Assembly (NCBI RefSeq): GCF_020745735.1 | Contig: NC_083420.1 | Span: forward strand, 30,194,001 to 30,258,000 | Reading direction: 5' to 3' | DNA length: 64,000 bases | Source: Hemiscyllium ocellatum | Taxonomy: Eukaryota | Shown: piece after piece, positions 12,536 through 26,364 of the stretch | Numbering within the stretch: position 1 is the first letter of the stretch | Layout: every line of letters begins with the position of its first letter | Notes under the pieces: generated by a model | The model's database searches: none | Told to the model about the DNA's origin: nothing | The model's input: the letters and a program-made list of their open reading frames with translations, nothing else | Made by a program: the position numbers and the translations under genes

Positions 12536-13282
12536 ATTAAATGGTGTTCTTGTCCTCCTTTGTAAAGAAAGCTAAAAGTGCTTCATTGCAAATGCTCCTG
12601 AGTGGGTCCTATTTTAGAATATTCAGTCTTAAAAAGTTGGTTGAGATATCAATTCCTGGGATTGTAAATGAGATGACTTCCATGAGATTCACTCAAAATT
12701 TGGCTTTAACGACCAAGATATATTAACCTTGAGGATCATTCATTATAAATCCCTCCAATTCCTAAAGATCTAGGCAAATGGGGTGATGAAAGATATATCA
12801 TTTATGTTATTTCTGAAATTTGGATTTCTAATTTTTGAAGCAAAAGGGTGTCAATTGCTTCCACGAAGGATTTTATTTTAAAAATGAAACAAGGTCAGTG
12901 AATCCTTCTAGGACATTGATCTAAATACAACATTTGCCATAAAGCCGATGACTATAGGCCCCTGCGGAGTTAATGGAAGGTCGTGTGTACACTATTAAGT
13001 TCACAACGGTATGGTAAACATTTAAAGTCATTAGCTTTGCTTTCGGTTCAGAAGAACCTCGGATGGAGCAAGAGTTTTCACATATTGCTCAAAAAAAGAG
13101 AGCTTGGTGCAGGACAAGTTTACATTTTCTCCTAAAAGGAGTTCCGGAAACAAGTCACCTCAAGAGAAAGGTTTAGGCATTGAAACTTCCAAACCAACAA
13201 AGTTTGGTTACAAATCTTCAGTCTATTAAAATTGAAGTCATGCTCACTCATTTGGAGCAGACTCAATGTATTTTCCTCATAT

Positions 13283-13607
13283 TTAGATTAGATTAGCTAC
13301 AGTGTGAAAACAGGCAATTTGGCCCAACAAGTCCACACCAACCCTCTGAAGAGGAACCCACCCAAACCCATTCCTCTACATTTACCCCTGACTATTGCAC
13401 CTAACACGGTGGACAATTTAGCATGGCCAATTCACCTAACCTGCACATCTTTGGATTGTGGGAAGAAACTGGGACACCCAGAGGAAACCCCCGCAGACAC
13501 GGGGAGAATGTGTAAACTCCACACAGATAGTTGTCCGAGGCGGGAATCAAACCTGTGCCCCTGGCGCTGATAGGCAACAGTGCTAACCACTGAGTCACCG
13601 TGCCACT
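13283..13607 (-). mobile_element. HE1-type V-SINE
   Basis: Reverse complement of full SINE with (AATCT)n tail. Confidence 0.93.
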
Positions 13608-14364
13608 CCGGCAAATAAACAGCACCGAGTCAGTTTAGAAGAAACTAAGGAGTTGAGATAATTTCTCTGGATTTGAGATTCTTTAATAGATAGCATCAGA
13701 AAAAAGGTTGCAACTTTGTTTTTCCATGTGTTTTAAGATCATCCTGTCTTCAATAGTTGGATACTGTTTCATCTTTGTAGATGAGCTCATGTTTTGTTTT
13801 TGAAAAAACAAAATTGCAGCCTCATATGGATATGTTTCAGTGACGAACAACCACATTAACTACTAAACAGACAAAAACATATGATCCATCAAGTTAGGCT
13901 TGATTCTGGGATTTGAGTTGCTCAGTTGTACCATCAGCTGGAATCATTACAATAATGAAAGTTCCCTAAGTCTTTATGCCAGAGGTAGGGTTTCCCTTGC
14001 AGTGAGTAGCTTATCATAAAAATGAAGAGTGTGTGCCCAATTATATTTTTATCAACTGATTTTGTCCAGTTCTCAACCTGAAATGTAATGTTATCCCAGA
14101 GCCTTTTAAATATTGCAAGAATAGCTTAGATATATATTAGAATTGGATTGACATAGGAATAGATAATAGACTGTGGTCAATATCCATAGAATGGGATGCA
14201 ACAGGGCAGGAAACATTTATCAGAAGGATGGAGTGATAATAATACAAAGCACCAAAGAATTGACACTCCAGAACATTCTTCACAAGTGAAACAGTTCTGA
14301 TGACAGTAAACATTTTCTATATTCACTACAATGGTATAACCAAAGTTGCAGAGAAATTCATACA

Positions 14365-14615
14365 TGAGGGTAAGATCAGTATTTTCTGTCCATTCCTAAA
14401 CCAACTGGAGATGAATGGCGTGCTGGGCTATTTCAGAGGGCAATTTAGGCAAACTACATGATAGTGGATTGGGTGAGGATGGTAGAAGCTTTATATTTCA
14501 GATTTAATCAATTTAATTTAAATTCCCCTGTTACTGCAGTGGAAATTAAACCTATGTTCTGAGAATCTGTTTTATCCAGATTATTGGTCTAATGACACCT
14601 CCACTATATTACCCC
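14365..14615 (-). mobile_element. Deu/SacSINE-like SINE, highly decayed
   Basis: Reverse similarity to 44310-44655. Confidence 0.45.
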
Positions 14616-14799
14616 TTGATGACTGGCCTCATCACTGAATGTAAAGACATATATCTTTCAGACTTAGAGGTGTTTGTGGAATGAGTGGTGCTGCCCAAAG
14701 GTCATTTTTGTGTCCATCCTTCTATTTTATTTTTATAAGCAACCGAGATTCAGTACTTTCAATATTTTTGAATTCTATCATTTCAGATATATTGGTAAA

Positions 14800-15160
14800 G
14801 TGTATTGAGAATTCTTTTAGGTTTTGGTATGAACCAGATAGCATGGTGAAATGAGCAGAGACAGGACAGGTGGAATTCAATGTAGAGAGATATGAAATGA
14901 TGCACTTTACCAGGATAAATGTGGAAAGACAGCATACTATAAATGACGCAATTTTGAAAAGTGTACATAATCTGACAGACCTTGATGTCTTTATACATAA
15001 ATCTTTAAAGGCTGAGTTGATAAATTGATTAATACAGTATATGGTTACCTGGGTTTATAAATAGAAGAATTGAATTTAAAAGCAAAAATATCATTCTAGA
15101 ACTTTATAAATCACTGGTTAAATCTCAGCTGAAGTGCTGTGAATTATTATGGACAACGGA
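14800..15160 (+). mobile_element. old CR1 RT fragment
   Basis: W..EFNVE.Y..MHF-like and 'LYKSLV.SQL' segments. Confidence 0.6.
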
Positions 15161-15299
15161 AAAATACAGGGGTCTGAGCAACATGGGCTAAGGTGAGATG
15201 TGTAACAGAGTCAGATGACAGGGTGAGTGAGGTCTACCTTGATGTCAAAGTCATCTTGCTCTACCATTTATGCTTTTCACAAGTGGTGAGATTCTCACT

Positions 15300-16200
15300 A
15301 AGAGGCAGCGAAATGCCAATTGACAGAGAGTAATGCTGATTAAAGGCCAGGTTAATACTACAACTCACCTCTTTAATATTCACAGTCCCACCTCAACAAA
15401 CTTACTAAACAAGCTTGACATTGGGAAACATGACAGAAACTCAAAGCATGTCCCTGGAGGATTCAGTTCATCGAGTGCTCAAATGACCTCCATGTTACTG
15501 GCAACCAAACTGGAGTTCAGGACAAGGTACAGTGGCACCACCAACATCTCTCCTCCTACATGGACATTGGCCTCTGACATCTATTAGCCATCACTGTCAT
15601 TGTGGCATTTCTACTAAACGCTGGCAATGTGATCTGAAAACATTGCAGAGTGTACGCTAGCAACTAGCAAAGAAAGGCTGCAGATGGGACACTTTCATGC
15701 ACAGGGATAGATCATTGACTGGACTAGACTGCATCTTATGTATGCTCTCTCTTAGTGCTCACTCATTTACCACCTACCTGCCTGTTCACAGCATCTCTAA
15801 TTGCCTTATCTTGCCATGCCATGTAGTTAGCTCAGTCTACAACCACAAAACTTGTTTTGCTGCTCAGCAGCTAGGGGACATACATCTTGCTGTATGCAGT
15901 GTCAACATCTCAGCTGGGAGAGATAGACTGAGTGTGAGGGGGAGAGAGAAGAATATGGCATCTACCCTGACAGAGCAGAGGAGGACCATTGAGTTTTTTT
16001 TTAGTTTTTTTGCAGCAATGTGGAGACAGCATTGACCCAGACTGGCAGGATCTAGTGGGGTGACCTCTTCTGGTGTTCCTTCAGGAAGAGGATGGCTCTC
16101 CTCTGCACCACCTCATCCATCAACATCTTCAGGGGAAATGGTGAAATATGATGCTATCTTCCCCTTCTCCAACATCTTGTGGAACATTCCTCATTGAATA
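15300..16200 (-). mobile_element. Harbinger-type DNA transposon relic with Myb/SANT-like ORF
   Basis: Minus strand about 16135-16065 reads LKMLMDEVVQRRAILFLKEHQKRSP; ends at …CTCTGTCAGGGTAG as in the paralog at 53190-53420. Confidence 0.5.
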
Positions 16201-16589
16201 GGGAAGATTAGCATTACCAATGCATGTCTGGGCACAGTGCAGATCCAAGTGATGTCAATATTTTGGCAGCTATCCATTGAGTAATGAGCTGTTGTGTGAA
16301 GAGCACATGGTAAGATAAGGTGGAAATCTGACATAGAGATGTTGTAGGAGTAGGGTAGATAGTTCATGAGACCAGTTTGGAACATGATAGGTCTTGAAGT
16401 GACAAACCCTCCAAATAACTTATTGCAATTTGGACTTCACCAAAAATAAAGGTTTCAGCCACTAAAGTAACTAGAAGGAAAAGTTTACAACTATTTTTCT
16501 CTGAACATTTAAAATTAAGACATGTGTTAATTAAAGTTTTTTAAGATAATGCCAGATGTTGGTGCAATATTCCGTCTGGTGTGTGACTA

Positions 16590-16840
16590 TAGTTTTAACA
16601 TAACTGGGAGAATATCTGAAGGGAGATGAGGTGAAATATTTTTAATCAGAGAGTTGCTGGGATCTGGAATACGAAAGGATGCTATATAATTTCAAAAGGA
16701 ATTAGGATGAGTGTTTGAGAGGGTTATGGACAAAAAGCTAGACTGTAAGACAAAGCACAAGTTCTCTTTCAAATAGCTGGCACTGACAGACCAGGTCAAA
16801 AAGCCTCTTTCTTTGCTGTGTGTTTGTATGATTCTGTGAT
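16590..16840 (+). mobile_element. CR1 3' fragment
   Basis: Decayed 'FFNQRV..IWN' segment and 3' UTR tail TATGATTCTGTGATTC. Confidence 0.6.
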
Positions 16841-17825
16841 TCAATGAACTCTGTTTCATTCCGTTTGTGCTTAAGATACTTGGCCAACAAAGGGTGAATG
16901 TACAATTACCCAATTCCTGGTTTTATGTAGGGTTAGCATCATTGCCATTTAAGGATAAAGTTCAACCAATGAGCTCTGAAACTCATATTTGTATATTTGT
17001 GATCAGACATCCTGACTTCAATCTCCACTTCAAGCCCTTCAGAAAGGTCACAGTTTTACTCAGCCTGTTAAACACAGTATCAAATCAACTTTTATATTAT
17101 ACTCGTAGCTATGGGCCATATGGGAACAATGGAGATTGTGAACTTTTAAATGCCATTTAATTTTCATACTTTCCTCCATGGTTCAACAACAGAAGCAGAA
17201 GTTGCTGATTTGTAGTTACTCATTGACAAAATATTTAATATCATAAATATTGATTTTAAGGCTTGAGTAATGTTATTTAATATTGTGAAGTGTTCTGAAG
17301 GAACGTTATCTTTCCTTAATAGTTAAATATTTATGTTTAGAATGCAGGAATAAATTTGTTTGTATTCTGTCTTTGTAAGTTAATGTTTACCAACATTGAA
17401 TCTTTTAGTTCTACAAATATCTTGCATAATTTACATTGTGTATTCCTTCATTTTTAGGTAACATATGCCCTGGTTCCAGTTTTCACTCCTTAATTTAAAC
17501 AATGTGTCACATGAAGTTGTAATCACTATCTTCCATCATAATGTCCCTTGGATAACTGATTCTGATGCCCGTTTTTTACAGCACTTTCAAGTTATTGTAA
17601 TAGGGCACTCTATGTGCCCTGCACAAATTTGATTTCAGTTCAGTAATGAAACATGCAAAGGATGACAACTGGTGAATTCTTCAGACTGGGCTGTTTCTTC
17701 TCAAACTTAGAGAAAATGTAGGATGACACAAAACTGCACTAGCAGCTGATATGCTAGTTTGCCATTTCCATTCCCAATTCTGATGATATTGCTCAGGGCC
17801 AGTGATGGGGAGAGTCAGGTTGACT

Positions 17826-18177
17826 CATAGAATCCCTACAGTGTGGAACCAGGTCCTTTGGCCCAACAAGTCCACACTGACAACCACCCCCTCTCCCCGC
17901 AACCTCAAAGAGTCTCCCACCCAAACCTATTCCCCATTACTCTTTTACATTTACCTAACCTACATATCCCTGAATGCTATGGGCAATTTAGCATGGCCAA
18001 TTCACCTAACCTACTCAAATTTGGATTGTGGGAGGAATCTGGAGGACCTGGAGAAAAGCCATGCAGGCACAGGGAGAATGTGCAAACTCTACACAGAGAG
18101 TCACCTGAGGCTGGAATCAAACCCTGGTCCATGGTGCTATGAGGCAGCAGTGCTAACCACTGAGCCACCATGCCGCC
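17826..18177 (-). mobile_element. HE1-type V-SINE
   Basis: Full reverse SINE with tRNA head and V-domain. Confidence 0.92.
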
Positions 18178-18461
18178 TCTAATGGGTCCCAAATGGGTTG
18201 GTTAATGGGCAGAGGGAAGAGCAGTAGAAGCTGCCTGCTTCATTGCTTGAGAGCATTCTTTGATTCAGTAGGAGCTTGTCAGTTGACCTCCCAAGATTTG
18301 GCTGTCAGATGACTCTTCCTAACGAGCCGAAGCTTCCATCTACAGTCTAATGAGAACAAAAGACACTGAAAATCCAGATTTCTGCCATGGCAGACAGCAT
18401 TTCTTAATGCTGCAGAAAGGCAGCTAACATCATCTAGGACCCCTCCCAATTTGGTTATAAT

Positions 18462-19380
18462 CTCTTCCAACCTCTTCCATCCGAGTGAAGATACAAAAGC
18501 TTAAACATACATACCAATAGTACTAAATTTTCAGAGGTCTTCAAAGTTGACTCACCACCTTGTAAATGCACAGCACCACTCCCATCTGACTCAAAGAACT
18601 TGTGTGAAATCATCCAACAATACATGACATGATTTGTCTGTTAAATCAACAGCACTAAAGAGAGATGAGAGTAGACAGGAGAGAGGGTTCGGAAAAGATT
18701 TACCAGGACATTTCCAGATATGGAGGGTTTGACTTACAAGGCCAAGCTGGATAGACTGGGACTACTTTCACTGGAGTGTGGGAGGTTGAGGGGTGAGGTT
18801 GTAGAGGTTTATAAAATCATGGGGATACAGACAAGGTGACTAGAAAAGGTATTTTCCTGAAGGTTGGGGATTTCAATGCTAAGGGGCATATATTCAAAGT
18901 GAGAAGAGAATGATTTTAAAAAGACATGTGGGGCAGTGTTTTTATATAGAGAGTACTCCGTGTGTGGAATGAACTTCCAGAGGAAGTGGTAGATACAGGT
19001 ACAGTTACAACATTTAAAAGATGTTTGGATAAGTACATGAATAAGAAATATTTGAGGGATAAGGGCCAAGTGCAGGCAGGTGGGACTAGTTTAGTTCTGG
19101 TTTAGGTCAACATGGACTGGTTGGACCGAAGGGCTGTTTCCATGCTTTATGACTCTGTGACTCTAACAGGTTCAAGAACAGCTTTATCCCTGCTATTACT
19201 AGACTTCTGAATGGACCTTTCAAGTTTCAAATCTAATGTTGATCTTGCTTTTTGTGCAGCTTCTCTGCAGCCATAACTTTATATTCCTTGCTCTGTTCAA
19301 TCACTCTCTTCACTATGATCGGCTGGTACTGCACGCAAACCAAAATGTTTCACTGTACTTTAGTACATGTGACAATAAGT
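18462..19380 (+). mobile_element. Rex1/Babar LINE 3' end interrupted by an insertion
   Basis: 18462-18518 resembles 'LFQPLPS.RRYKSL..HT' and 19165-19215 continues 'NRFKNSFIPAITRLLN'; 3' UTR ends …GTACATGTGACAATAA. Confidence 0.65.
18675..19164 (+). mobile_element. CR1 3' fragment nested in the Rex1 copy
   Basis: KRFTR…, VWNELPEEVV, and 3' UTR GGTTGGACCGAAGGG…TATGACTCT. Confidence 0.88.
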
Positions 19381-19540
19381 GACTTCAGGCATGAAATGGA
19401 CAAAATTTGGGATCAGATTTGGAAACAATTTCCAAATTGGAAACATGAAATTACTTAAATAATGATTATCTATTGAAGGGATAAGATTATCAACTACATC
19501 AACCTGATAAGGAGTTCTTCAACACAGTTCTATTTTTTCT

Positions 19541-19820
19541 ATTAGATTCCCTACAGTTGGAAACAGGCCCTTTGGCCCAACTAGTCCACACTAAGCCTCC
19601 AAAGTGTAACCCACCCAGACCCATTTTCCTCTAACTAATTCACCTAACACTGCGGGCAATTTAGCATGGCCAAATCACCTGATCTGCACATCTTTGGACT
19701 GTGGGAGGAAACCGGAACACCTGGAGGAAATCCACACAGACAGTGGCCCGAGGCTGGAATCAATCCTGGGTCCCTGGTGCTGTGAGGCAGCAGTGCTAAC
19801 CACTGAGCCACCATGCCACC
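19541..19820 (-). mobile_element. HE1-type V-SINE with internal deletion
   Basis: Reverse SINE lacking part of the V-domain. Confidence 0.9.
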
Positions 19821-21029
19821 CCTTTCTCCAACCTTTCTCCAGTGTGACATTTCTGCACAAAATGGACATATTCCACTTATCCTAATGTGTAAGATTATGG
19901 ATACTGAAGAATATTCTGCCTTTCAACTTCAAAATTATAACTTGAAACTTAGACTTATTTGATGGGTTGATATAATTCAGAAAGGCTGTTGGTTTATTAA
20001 TTGTCTCCGAACAGTGAATTGACATTTTCAATGCTGAATATTTTATCCTATGCACCCTATTTCTACACTTTTCAAAGAATATCTACAATAATCATTTTCT
20101 CCATCAATGAACAGTATCTTTTACTTACTTGCTTTAACCTTCATTTTTAAGTGCTTTGTAAAAAATTGTCATTGCAGATATTGTACTTTACAATTGCATT
20201 TATACACATTTCCTCACTTCCTATCTAGATCCAAAGTGAGTTGCTAACTTCAAAAGCATCTAACTTGATATAATTTATGAACTTAACTAGTTTGCATGGG
20301 GTTTAGGTCAACAACAGTTAGTTGCTTGGGAACCTTAATCATCTGCAGCACTGAATGCTGGGGCACTATGTTCAGACTTCACTCGAACTGCAGGTCATCA
20401 CTCCTCCATCTAACATCCAGGGAAAATCTTTCAATTCTTATCAGAGGTGGGAAAAACTAGAAATTGTGATCTGAGAATGGTTTGTGGAGATTCTGGCTGT
20501 TTCTGCCTCTGGACGATTTCCACTTCAGGGTGGTAGTTGGTGGTCATACCACCTGCAAGTAGCAGATAGTCTTTTATTTTGGTGACCTATAGTGGTCGCT
20601 CAGCAGAAATCAATTGGAATAGTCAGCTTGCAGTTCCTTCCAGTGATGCTAGAACAAGGCCAAATGAAGGAGGTGGCCTCCCTCTGATAGATTGTGGGTG
20701 GAGAAAGGGGAGCTTCATGCTCCCTCCAGTTCTGCCCACCTTCTCACACTTGCCTTAGCCAAGGGTCCACAACTGTTGCTGCTAGTCATCCATTGGAATG
20801 GTTGCCTTTTCATGATGAAGACGTGGCAACTGTGGTCTTTTCAATTTGAAAAGTCTTTCCCTTCTTTTCAGAAGGTATAACCATCATGAGGTGCTCTCTC
20901 CCTTTCTTACCTGCATGTGCAGTTCAGCATCAGATGAAGGAAGTACCAATAGAACTGTCATGGTTGGAGGGCATCCTCCACCCTCTGGATTCAGTCTCTT
21001 ATCCTCAGTTAGATAAGAATGTGCTGCCT

Positions 21030-22232
21030 AGTTGGAAAAAGAAGAGCCATTGGACTTGATCTATTTGGGTTTCCAGAATGCTTGTGACATGGTGCTACAC
21101 AGGAGGCTGATAAATAAGATAAGAGCCCATGCTGTGAGGGGCAAGGTATTGGCATTTATCGAGGATCAGCTGACTGGCAGAAGGCAGGGAGTGAGAGGTC
21201 TTATTCAAGGTGGCAGCCAGTGACTAGTTGAGTTCCACATGGGTCAGTGTTAGGACCACAACTAATCACGTTGTATATTAATGAATTGGATGAAGGAACT
21301 GAAGGCATTGTTGCTAAAGTTATAGTTGATGCAAAGATGGGTAGAGGACTGGTTAGTGTTGAGGAAGTAGGAATGCTGTAGATGGATTTGGACAGGCTAG
21401 GTCAGTGGGCAAAGAAGTGTTAAATGGAATATAATGTGGATAAGTATAAGGTTTTGCACTTTTGCAGAAAGAATGCAGGTATAGACTATTTCCTAAATAG
21501 GAAAAGGCTTTGGAAACCTGAAACACAGATTGGATTTTGGATCCTAGTTCAGGATTCTCTTAAGGTTAACATGTAGGTTTATTTGGCAGTTAGAAAGGCA
21601 AATACAATGCTAACATTCATTTCAAGAAGGCTTGAATACAAGACCAGAGATGTACTGCTGAGGCTATATAAGACTCTTGTCAGGCTGCATTTGGAATACT
21701 TTAAGTGCTTTTGGGCCCATATCCATGGACATTGTAGGAGGTCCAGAGGAGATTTACAACAATGATCTGAGGGATGAAGGGCTTGTCATATGTGGAGCAG
21801 TTGAGGACTCTGGGCTGTACTTGATGAATTTAGAAGGATGAGGGAGGATCTAATTGAAACTGATAGGATACTGAGTGGCTTGCATAGAGTGGACAATGAG
21901 AAGATGTTTCTACTAGTAGCAGAGACTAGGATCCATGGGAACAGCCTCAGAGTGAAGGGGAAATCCTTTAGAACTGAGAAGAAGAGGAATTTCTTCAGCC
22001 AAAGGGTGGTTAATCAGTGCAACTCATTGCTGCAGAGGGGTGTGGAGGCCAAGTTATTGAGTGGATTTTATAACAGAGATAGAAAGGTTCTTGTTGAGGA
22101 AAGGGATCAAAGTTTATGGGGAGAAGGCAAACAAATAGGGTTGAGAAATATTTCAGCCATGATAAAATAGTTGAGCAGGCTGGATGGACCAAATGGCCTG
22201 AGTCTGCTCCTATATCTTATGGTCTTAAGGTC
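21030..22232 (+). mobile_element. CR1 LINE RT and 3' end
   Basis: DLIYLGFQNACD.V.HRRL (DFQKAFDKVPH), LRLYKTLVR.HLEY, RNFFSQRVV; tail TCTTATGGTCTT. Confidence 0.93.
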
Positions 22233-24759
22233 ATTAACTGGACTGTGCCACAAAAATCCCCTTGGTACTAGAAATTCACCCATTTGATCACAAATCAGTC
22301 CCCATTTTTTTCTTCTTCTTCAAGCAAGTCCTTAGTTTTATATTGAACTTCCACTTGTTCATGTATCAGTGCAAAATATAAGTAAACATGCCACATAATT
22401 TCCGTTGTGTATTCCAGATCTCAGTGTGCTATCAGAAAAATGTGACAGCCTTTTTGAGCTACAAAACAGTAGCAAAATGGTAGATGCAATGACGTGAATC
22501 ACACATACTTTTCGAAACGTCTGTTCTCTTTCTGCAATAAAACATTTAGTTATTAAATGTACAGTTGTTTTTCACAGTGAGCTGCCTTTCTGTTCATCCA
22601 TTATTCTCACACCACTAATCAACTCCAAACGTTGTTATTATACCTGTGGGATAGAAAATAAAGGCCTTATGTGTTGCAAATAAAGGCCTTGCGGGTAAAT
22701 AAAAAATGAAAAAGCTCAGAGAAGCTAGTTTAACTTTCTCAGCAAAGTCTGGAAACATTTCTGGAATATGCCAGAAAGTGTTGTAAATGCTAACTGGTTT
22801 TCTAAAGTAAATCTGCCCTCATTGCAATTGCCATCTCGATAGTGAAAAGATTGCTGATAATCTAACTGATCGATGTACAAAAGGCAGAAGACTCATTAGG
22901 AACATAAAATCACTGGGGAGAAAGCAAAATGAGGTGCAAATATACGGATATTCATTTTAAACTTGTAAATTTTCTTTCAAAATTATATATAAATGTCCTA
23001 AATTTTCCAAACTTTTAATAAACTGAAACAGCTAAAACCTATAATTTGTAATACAAATCAGTTTTTAAAATGTGATTTATATTATTTTTGTTAAATCATC
23101 AGTAAGGATTTTGTTCCTGTTGTTTGTTGAAAAGTGCTATAAATCATGCCAGAGCACGTGAGTGAAGAGGCTCAGACGCATCATTGTGACACTTGCATGC
23201 AATTGTCTTTATGATGGACGTCAGACTTGGCTCTTCTGATTCCCCTTTTCAGAGTAAAACAAAAGCTTGACAAATACTTTACGCCAAGCCAGTTCTCTTT
23301 AACTGCTTTCTGTCAGTGGAACAAATGCTTCCATTAAAGTAAATAGCTTTTTTGTGGAAAAATTATCCCAGTTAAGGGAAAGTGTTTTGCAGTTCTAATA
23401 TTTATGGAACCAGGAAAGGTTTTCTTTTCTACATCTGATTATGCAAGATAGAGCTAATGTCTGAAACATATGATGAATGTTCCTGTTTGTAAAATAAGCT
23501 TTTTGTGACAGAAAGCTAAATAATCTTTGTTCCTGATATTGTGGCAGTGGCATGCTGGTGTGAACGGACTTCAAAATCACAAGCTTCCAGTGCTTAGAGT
23601 ACACAAGCAAGCTTCAAATCCAATAGGAAACAAAATAAAGCATTGAAGCGTTAAAACATGAAGGTACATAACACATCTTTTTCAGACACCATGCTGTAGA
23701 TTTTGTCGTTTTATTCCCTGGCTGGAATTTGATTGTCCATCCATTATAAACCCACCCAAAATCGAACAGAGTTAAAATTGGACAGGCAATCCTTCACCAG
23801 ATCAGCACTCAACTGGTGAGAATATAAAACTTGGAGGAAACATAATGTGAATGTTTGATATCAGGTGTTTCTTCTCTCTTGTGAAATACCTAGGAGTACC
23901 TTAGGGGCACAAAAGCTTGTCAGCTTTTTCACCATCAGTAAACTACAGGATATTTTTATTGTGATCTTTAAGAAATTGGCCACTTAATTGCCTGAATGTA
24001 TAAATTTTAGCAGCAAAATGAAACACGCGGAATAAAAATTTGAAAGCAGTAAGTGGAAGGGAATAGCTCATAACAGGAAGTTTACGCAATACAGTCCATT
24101 TTACAATCCTGCCCAAAATGAACGTTTATCCAAATGAACTTCTTCAAATCTGTTTTCAATCTATTGTCAATGCCTTGTTGGGATTGCAGCAGAAACAGAA
24201 CCAATGTTCCAGCAATATTTCAGAAAGAGCAGCTCTGAGAAAATGTGTGCCCTTCTTGTTGATTGGTGAAATGTGCTTGTTGCCATAAAATTTCATATCG
24301 TTCATATCATACTGTAAGCTGCAACATGACAGATCTGCTCAACTGTATTGATGACATTCAAATAGTTAATGATCTGTTGCACTGATTTTGCACAGAAGCA
24401 ACTGTGACTTCAGCCATCTGAGCTCAAACCTCTGGAATTCCCTCCCCAAATATCTTCCCACTCACTTAAGATCCCCATTCAAAACTACCTACCCCTTTGA
24501 TCAATATTGCATTTAAAATGGAAAAATGTCCATGCATGGAATTTGCCCAGTATCTGAACAAGATGGTCTGTCACAGCTCACTGATATAGCATGCTGGAAA
24601 TCAAGCCCCATTATCCCTTGAGTTGTCACAAAAATGAAAGATTATATCAAAATACACAAATATTTAGGCCCAGGCAAACTGAAAGCACAAATCACGTGTC
24701 AGTAGTTAAATGGAATTGCTTTTTATTACAAAATGAATAGGTTCTACCTACAGATAAAC

Positions 24760-24960
24760 AAGTTTTCAGCATCATTCACAACTCCCCAGATAATGAACCA
24801 GTTCGTGTCCAAATGCAGCAAGATCAGAACAATATCCAGGTTCGAGTTGAAAATAGCAAATAACATTCACGCTACACAAATGCCAGGCAATGACTATCTC
24901 CATCCAATAAGAGACAATTTAACCATTGACCCATTGGCATTCAATTGTATTACCATAATC
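24760..24960 (+). mobile_element. L2/CR1-group RT fragment
   Basis: QMQQDQNNIQ and TF..HKCQAMTIS motifs just downstream of the RT catalytic region. Confidence 0.7.
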
Positions 24961-25169
24961 TTCACAAGAGCAAATGGGGCGGGCAATAAAATAAAACAAA
25001 GAACAGCAGATGCTAGAGATCTGAAACTGACAAGATCAGAAATTGCTAAAGAAAGATGAAGTAATCATTTGTATAAAGCTGCTCCCCAAGAGGTGTGGCA
25101 AATCATTGGCATGAGTTTTCAATGCTATTCATGTTAATTGTACTGCTTCTCCTCCACCATTGTTTGCAC

Positions 25170-25392
25170 ATTCTCCCCGTGTCTGCGTGGGTTTCCTCCA
25201 GGTGCTCCAGTTTCCTCCCACAGTCCAAAGATGTGCAGGTTAGGTGAATTGGTCATGCTAAATTGCCCGTAGTGTTAGGTGAAGGGGTAAATGTAGGGGA
25301 ATGGGTCTGGGTGGGTTGCTCTTCAGAGGGTTGGTGTGGACTTGTTGGGCCGAAGGGCCTGTTTCCACACTGTCAGTAATCTAATCTAATCT
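25170..25392 (+). mobile_element. 5'-truncated HE1-type V-SINE
   Basis: Starts within the V-domain; ends GTAATCTAATCTAATCT. Confidence 0.92.
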
Positions 25393-26283
25393 CAATTCCC
25401 ATAGCTCACAGGATAGTTGGGGCTAGTCCTCTATTGTTATGATACCACCCAGAATACTGTACTGAAGCAATATCACCTTCAAGACTATAATGCATAACTC
25501 CTCCGAAATGATACTGGCAACAGAAAAATTGCATGTACCATACCAATCATCTGGTCAATTGTATGTATTTTGGCTAATTGGCCATCATTGTAGGCTAGCT
25601 CTCTGTGTTTACATCTGAATTCCTGATCAGAGTCACGGTCTCTATCTGTAGGAATGACACTCCTGCATAAGGATAAGGACGAAAATAACCTTAAGAGGTT
25701 CAGATAGTTTAGTTGATGCCTTGGATTGTGGTTCTAGTTATTGCTCACTTGATGATATCTTGCTCGGTAAAACGTGCTGTTTCTGAGTGACATCGAGGCA
25801 TGAGAAGCAGTAAGACATTACAGAGTGAGTTGCCCCAAACTTCTCACTGTTAGCTCCTCTCTTTGTTTTTCCTCTTCCAAGAAAAAGTCAGTTTTGAAGA
25901 AGGCAAAAGCCAGAAAATCATTGTTAGGAGTAAAAACTCAGTTCTGAAATTATGAAACAGATGATTACAAGCTGCCAGGGGTGAATCAACAATTAACCTG
26001 AAAGTGTCCTTCTGCCTGTTAGTGATATGGGCTACCTATCAAGCAGGTTTATCATGTGATGAGTCATGCATTGCAGTAATTTAATCTTGCAAAGTTAAGA
26101 GTCTCATTTAAATATAAAGCTAGAAGCCCTTGGAGGAGCTGAAGTTCATTCTTGGGGTGAAGAGCTTGCGCGCACCATCATATTGAACACTTGAGCATCA
26201 TTTCATGTTTGCTAAAACAGGAGCAACAGCATCAACTTCCTACATCTATGATTCCATGACAATTTGTTGAAATGGAATTTGTA

Positions 26284-26364
26284 CATTGACCTTTGTATTA
26301 TCTTCATCAGTCAGTTTGGATTAAAGCTGTGGAAAATGTTCAGCTGACAATACAAAGGTCAGTG
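26284..26364. repeat. imperfect inverted repeat / hairpin
   Basis: CATTGACCTTTGTATTATC (26284-26302) vs GACAATACAAAGGTCAGTG (26346-26364), 17/19 complementary. Confidence 0.8.

Noticed and set aside
12163-19885. Recurrent ORFs such as MVAQWLALLPHS… and LAWPIHLT…
   Set aside because: Spurious translations of HE1 SINE copies.
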